Shown here in pieces: positions 60,057 to 64,000 of a stretch of 64,000 nucleotides of DNA (position 1 is the first letter of the stretch; each line of letters begins with the position of its first letter). Location: contig JBJMHS010000027.1 of assembly GCA_045807245.1 (NCBI GenBank), forward strand, positions 1-64,000. Reading direction: 5' to 3'. Position numbers and translations under genes: made by a program. The stretch comes from Actinomycetales bacterium (GTDB lineage: Bacteria; Actinomycetota; Actinomycetes; Actinomycetales; CAVURS01). A model generated the notes under the pieces. It was not told where the DNA came from. It did no database searches and was given only the letters and a program-made list of their open reading frames with translations.

Positions 60057-61538
60057 TCAGGGGTGGTGGGTGGACCACCAGAGACGGAGCTCGGCGAGCG
60101 CCTGCTCCTTGCCGAGGGGGCCGCGGTCCAGACGCAGCTCGAGCAGGTGGTTGTACGCCGCGCCGACCTCACGCCCGGGCGGGATGCCGAGGGCCGCCAT
60201 GATCTCGTTGCCGTCCAGGTCCGGCCGTACGGCGGCCAGCTCCTCCTGCTCGGCCAGCCGAGAGATGCGCGACTCCAGGTCGTCGTACGCCGCGGCCAGC
60301 TGGGCGGCCCGCCGTGCGTTGCGCGTCGTGACGTCGGCCCGGGTCAGCCGGTGCAGCCGCGACAGCAGCGGCCCTGCGTCGACGACGTAGCGCCGCACGG
60401 CCGAGTCGGTCCAGGCCCCGTCGCCGTAACCGTGGAAGCGTAGGTGCAGCTCGACCAGCCGGGCCACGTCCTTCACCGTGGCGCTGTCGAAGCGCAGCGC
60501 CTTCATCCGCCGCGCCGTCAGCTTGGCCCCGACCACTTCATGGTGGTGGAACGAGACCCCGCCCCCGGGTTCGTAGCGCCGCGTCGCGGGCTTGCCGATG
60601 TCGTGCAGCAGCGCCGACAGCCGCAGCACCAGGTCCGGCTCGGGCACCTCGCCCGAGGCATCGGTCTCCAGCGCCATCGCCTGCTCGAGCACGATCATCG
60701 TGTGCTCGTAGACGTCCTTGTGCCGGTGATGCTCGTCGACCTCGAGCTGCAACGCGGGCAGCTCGGGCAGCACCACCTCCGCCAGCCCGGTGTCGACCAG
60801 CAGCCGCAGCCCGCGCACCGGGTCGACGGACAGGACCAGCTTGGTCAGCTCGTCGCGCACCCGCTCGGCGGAGACGATGTCGAGCCGAGCCGCCATCGCC
60901 GTCATCGCGGACCGGACCTCGGGCGCGACCCACATCCCGAGCTGCCCGGCGAACCGGGCGGCACGCAGCATGCGCAGCGGGTCGTCGGTGAACGACGACT
61001 CCGGGGTTCCCGGTGTCCGCAGCGTCCGCCGGGCCAGGTCGGCCAGACCGCTGTGCCGGTCGACCAGCGCCAGGTCGGGCAGACGCAGCGCCATCGCGTT
61101 GACCGTGAAGTCGCGCCGGGCCAGATCCTCCTCGAGCGTGTCGCCGTACGACACCTCTGGCTTGCGCGAGGTCCGGTCATAGACATCCGACCGGTACGTC
61201 GTGACCTCCACGGTCACCGGCCCCAGCTGCGCGCCGATGGTGCCGAAGGCCCGGCCGACGTCCCAGTGCGCCGTACCCCAACCCCGCAGGATCGGCTCGC
61301 TCTGCTCGGGCCGGGCCGACGTGGCGAAGTCCAGGTCCGGCGAGGGCCGGCCGAGCAGCGCGTCCCGGACCGGCCCGCCGACGAGGGCCAGCTCGTGCCC
61401 CGCGGCCGCGAACCGCTCACCGAGGTCGCGCACCAGCGGCAGGACGGGCCCGAGCCGGGTCAGCACGTCCCGCCGGGCTCGTTCGAGCGCGGCAGCGTCG
61501 GGCTGGGCAGCGTCAGGCTGGGCAGCGGACGAGGACAC
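60057..61538 (-). CDS. cca: CCA-adding tRNA nucleotidyltransferase (with HD domain)
   Basis: VGGPVRD, DLDF, RRDFTVNA, DDPLRMLR, ERVRDE, LLHDIGK. Confidence 0.93.
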   Translation of the reverse strand: MSSSAAQPDAAQPDAAALERARRDVLTRLGPVLPLVRDLGERFAAAGHELALVGGPVRDALLGRPSPDLDFATSARPEQSEPILRGWGTAHWDVGRAFGTIGAQLGPVTVEVTTYRSDVYDRTSRKPEVSYGDTLEEDLARRDFTVNAMALRLPDLALVDRHSGLADLARRTLRTPGTPESSFTDDPLRMLRAARFAGQLGMWVAPEVRSAMTAMAARLDIVSAERVRDELTKLVLSVDPVRGLRLLVDTGLAEVVLPELPALQLEVDEHHRHKDVYEHTMIVLEQAMALETDASGEVPEPDLVLRLSALLHDIGKPATRRYEPGGGVSFHHHEVVGAKLTARRMKALRFDSATVKDVARLVELHLRFHGYGDGAWTDSAVRRYVVDAGPLLSRLHRLTRADVTTRNARRAAQLAAAYDDLESRISRLAEQEELAAVRPDLDGNEIMAALGIPPGREVGAAYNHLLELRLDRGPLGKEQALAELRLWWSTHHP

Positions 61539-61602
61539 GACCGGTAAGCGTACGCAGCAGCGGGTACGACGGCCGCACGCCGCAGGCTCGTACAGTGACC
61601 GG

Positions 61603-62091
61603 ATGGACGACCGGACGGCCCGCGGCGCCCACCGCCCGCGGCACACCATGCCGCTGGTCGAGGAGACCTCGGCCGGCGGGTTGGTCGTCCAGGTCACCGA
61701 GGGCGAGGCGCACGTCGCGCTCATCGCCCGGCACAACCGCGCGGGCCGGCTCGAGTGGTGCCTGCCCAAGGGCCATCCGGAGGTCGGCGAGAGCCTGCAG
61801 GAGGCGGCCGTCCGGGAAGTGGCCGAGGAGACCGGTATCCAGGGCCGGGCGCTGCGCTCGCTCGGCAGCGTCGACTACTGGTTCTCGGCCGAGGGCCGGC
61901 GGGTGCACAAGGTGGTGCACCACTTCCTGCTGGAGGCCGTCGGGGGCACCATCTCGGTCGAGGGCGATCCCGACCGCGAGGCGGTCGACGCGGAGTGGGT
62001 GCCGCTCGAGGAGCTCCAGCACCGGCTCACGTTCGCCAACGAGCGCCGGCTCGCGCGGGACGTCTCCCAGCTGCTGTCGGACAAGGAGTGA
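61603..62091 (+). CDS. NUDIX hydrolase
   Basis: LPKGHPE.GES...AAVREVAEETG. Confidence 0.92.
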   Translation: MDDRTARGAHRPRHTMPLVEETSAGGLVVQVTEGEAHVALIARHNRAGRLEWCLPKGHPEVGESLQEAAVREVAEETGIQGRALRSLGSVDYWFSAEGRRVHKVVHHFLLEAVGGTISVEGDPDREAVDAEWVPLEELQHRLTFANERRLARDVSQLLSDKE

Positions 62092-64000
62092 GCCGAGCCC
62101 GACGACGGCTCGCCGCCCTGTGCGCGGCGGGCCTGGCTCTCATCTGCCTGGGCTCCTCCGTGGCGTACGCCGACCCGAGCGGCACCGCGACCGGCACGAG
62201 CGGCGGCCCGACCGCGTCACCGACCGCGACCAACGGCCCGCCGAAGTCCAGCAGCTCCAGCCGGTCGTCGAGCCAGTCGCAGCGCAGCTCCATCAGCCAG
62301 ACCGGCGACGACCCGGACATGCCGGCGAGCATCACCGTGAAGACGCTCAGCCCGGCCGTCGTGACCCCGACGAGCACGCTCACCATCAAGGGCACCGTCA
62401 CGAACGACGGTGACAGCGCGATCCAGAACGGCGTCATCCGGCTTCTGGTCCACCACGCGCCACTGGCCACTCGGGACCAGGTCGGTCAGTGGGCGAACGG
62501 CGACATCAGCGACGTCGGCGGACGCATCCTGGACGCGTCCATGGACCTGAGCGTCACGCTGCGCCCGGGGGCGGGCATCGCGTTCACGCTCAAGGCGCCG
62601 GCCGACCGCCTGGGGCTGTTCATGGACTTCGCCAGCATCGGGATCACCTTGGAGGTGCTGGGCGACGACGGCACCGCCCTCGGCACGCACCGGGTCGGGC
62701 TGCTGCGCAGCTTCATCACCTGGCAGCAGAATCCCTCGTACTCGCCGCTCAAGCTGACCTGGCTCATGCCGCTGAGCGGCGGGCCGACCTCGGCCATCGG
62801 CGGACCGCCCGACGCGGCGACGCTCGCCGCGGCACTCGCTCCTGGCGGGCGGTTCCAGGACCTGCTGGCAGCGATCAGCGCGGCGCCGCGAGGAGCCGGG
62901 CTCTCGGTGGCGGTGGACCCTGCCTTCGTCAACGACCTGCGAGTGCGCGCGGCCCAGCCCAGCCGTACGGCGGGCAGCTCGCCGTCCGCCAACGGCACTC
63001 CGAGCGGCAGCGCGAGTCCCAGCGGCTCGCCCATCTCCACGCCGACGACGACGTCCGCGCAGCAGACGATCGCGTCGTACCTGGCCGCCCTCAAGGTCGC
63101 GCTGGCCGGGCACCGCGTCGTCCGGCTGCCGTACGGCGACCCCGACCTCATGGGCGTGGCCGACGCCAAGGGCACGGCGCTGCTCAGTGCGGCGACGTTC
63201 GCGGCCACCACGGCTAGCCCCGCTGCGCCGGCGCTCGCGGACGAGCTGGGCGTCCGGGTCATCGACGACGTGGCCTGGCCGGCCGGTGGTCTGGCCGACA
63301 CCGCGACCGTCAACGCGGCGCCCGCGGTCGGCGCCACGACGCTGGTCCTCAGTGCGAGCTCCCGGCCGCCGACGCTCGAGCAGTCGACGACACCGACCGG
63401 GGTCACCCCGGTGAACGCGACCACGAACGCGGTGCTGTACGACGATCTGCTCTCGGCGTTCCTGGCCGGCACCAACAACGCCACCACGATGGTGCTGAAC
63501 ACCCAGCGGTTCCTGGCCGAGACGCTGGCCACGGTGTACGAGAACCCGACCCGCCAGCGCACCCTGCTGGTCACGGCACCCCGGTCGTTCAACCCCAATC
63601 CCCTTGCGGTGCAACGGTTGTTCGCGGCACTGGCCCAGGCACAGTGGATCGCACCCGCGAGCCTGACCGGGCTACGCCGGTCCCAGGGGCAAGCCACGGT
63701 GAGCGTCCGCGACGTCGTACCGGTGCCGGCCAACGCCAGACGCCTGCAGGTGACGACCGCTCAGGTCGACGCCGTCCGGGACGCCCGCTCCGAGGCGGCT
63801 CAGCTCGGCGACGTCATCACGGGCGAGGACCCGTTCACGCGCACCCGGGTCGACGCGCTCCGGCTGGTCTCGGCGTACTGGCGCGGCCGGGGCGGCACGG
63901 CAGCCGTGCAGGTCAAGGGCCTGCGCAGCTACCTGGCCGCGCAGGGCGCGAGGGTGCACATCCTGCCGCTCAGCAACCTCAACTTCCTGGCCAGCGACGG
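62088..64000 (+). CDS. DUF6049-like secreted/membrane protein (runs off window; absent from ORF track)
   Basis: GTG overlapping NUDIX stop; signal peptide MSRARRRLAALCAAGLAL; GTVTN, LPYGDPDL, QRFLAETLA; conserved position after NUDIX. Confidence 0.8.
   Translation, partial: MSRARRRLAALCAAGLALICLGSSVAYADPSGTATGTSGGPTASPTATNGPPKSSSSSRSSSQSQRSSISQTGDDPDMPASITVKTLSPAVVTPTSTLTIKGTVTNDGDSAIQNGVIRLLVHHAPLATRDQVGQWANGDISDVGGRILDASMDLSVTLRPGAGIAFTLKAPADRLGLFMDFASIGITLEVLGDDGTALGTHRVGLLRSFITWQQNPSYSPLKLTWLMPLSGGPTSAIGGPPDAATLAAALAPGGRFQDLLAAISAAPRGAGLSVAVDPAFVNDLRVRAAQPSRTAGSSPSANGTPSGSASPSGSPISTPTTTSAQQTIASYLAALKVALAGHRVVRLPYGDPDLMGVADAKGTALLSAATFAATTASPAAPALADELGVRVIDDVAWPAGGLADTATVNAAPAVGATTLVLSASSRPPTLEQSTTPTGVTPVNATTNAVLYDDLLSAFLAGTNNATTMVLNTQRFLAETLATVYENPTRQRTLLVTAPRSFNPNPLAVQRLFAALAQAQWIAPASLTGLRRSQGQATVSVRDVVPVPANARRLQVTTAQVDAVRDARSEAAQLGDVITGEDPFTRTRVDALRLVSAYWRGRGGTAAVQVKGLRSYLAAQGARVHILPLSNLNFLASD

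Noticed and set aside
60057..61538. CCA enzyme as partner of the NTase toxin
   Set aside because: It is a core gene in its usual syntenic position, over 50 kb away.

Overview
High-GC actinobacterial chromosomal window, mostly core genes. The right third carries the conserved block dnaB-(MATE)-rplI-rpsR-ssb-rpsF-GT87-PBP1A-DUF5318-padR-ino1-MFS-CCA-NUDIX-DUF6049, which in Actinobacteria usually lies near oriC (inference). The rest contains a FadE5-like acyl-CoA dehydrogenase, arfB, a CopD-CtaG fusion, MarR/TetR-MFS pairs, a 2-oxoacid dehydrogenase E1a/E1b/E2 operon, a partial paa cluster, galE, purB, csoR and furA-katG. I found no rRNA, tRNA, CRISPR array, transposase or prophage. The features that stand out are: (1) a ~2 kb lower-GC islet behind arfB encoding an AbiEi-like/nucleotidyltransferase (type IV TA-like) pair with its own promoter and palindromic operator; (2) a 366-aa DnaB intein with a decayed homing endonuclease, with a LexA box and DnaA-box-like cluster upstream of dnaB; (3) three copies of a ~105-bp palindromic REP/MITE-like element; (4) a translationally coupled ArsR-SRPBCC-DUF6855 operon behind a double operator/hairpin; (5) many apparently leaderless genes, including a bidirectional promoter. 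Family names come from motif recognition by eye, not database searches, and several start codons were re-picked relative to the ORF track.
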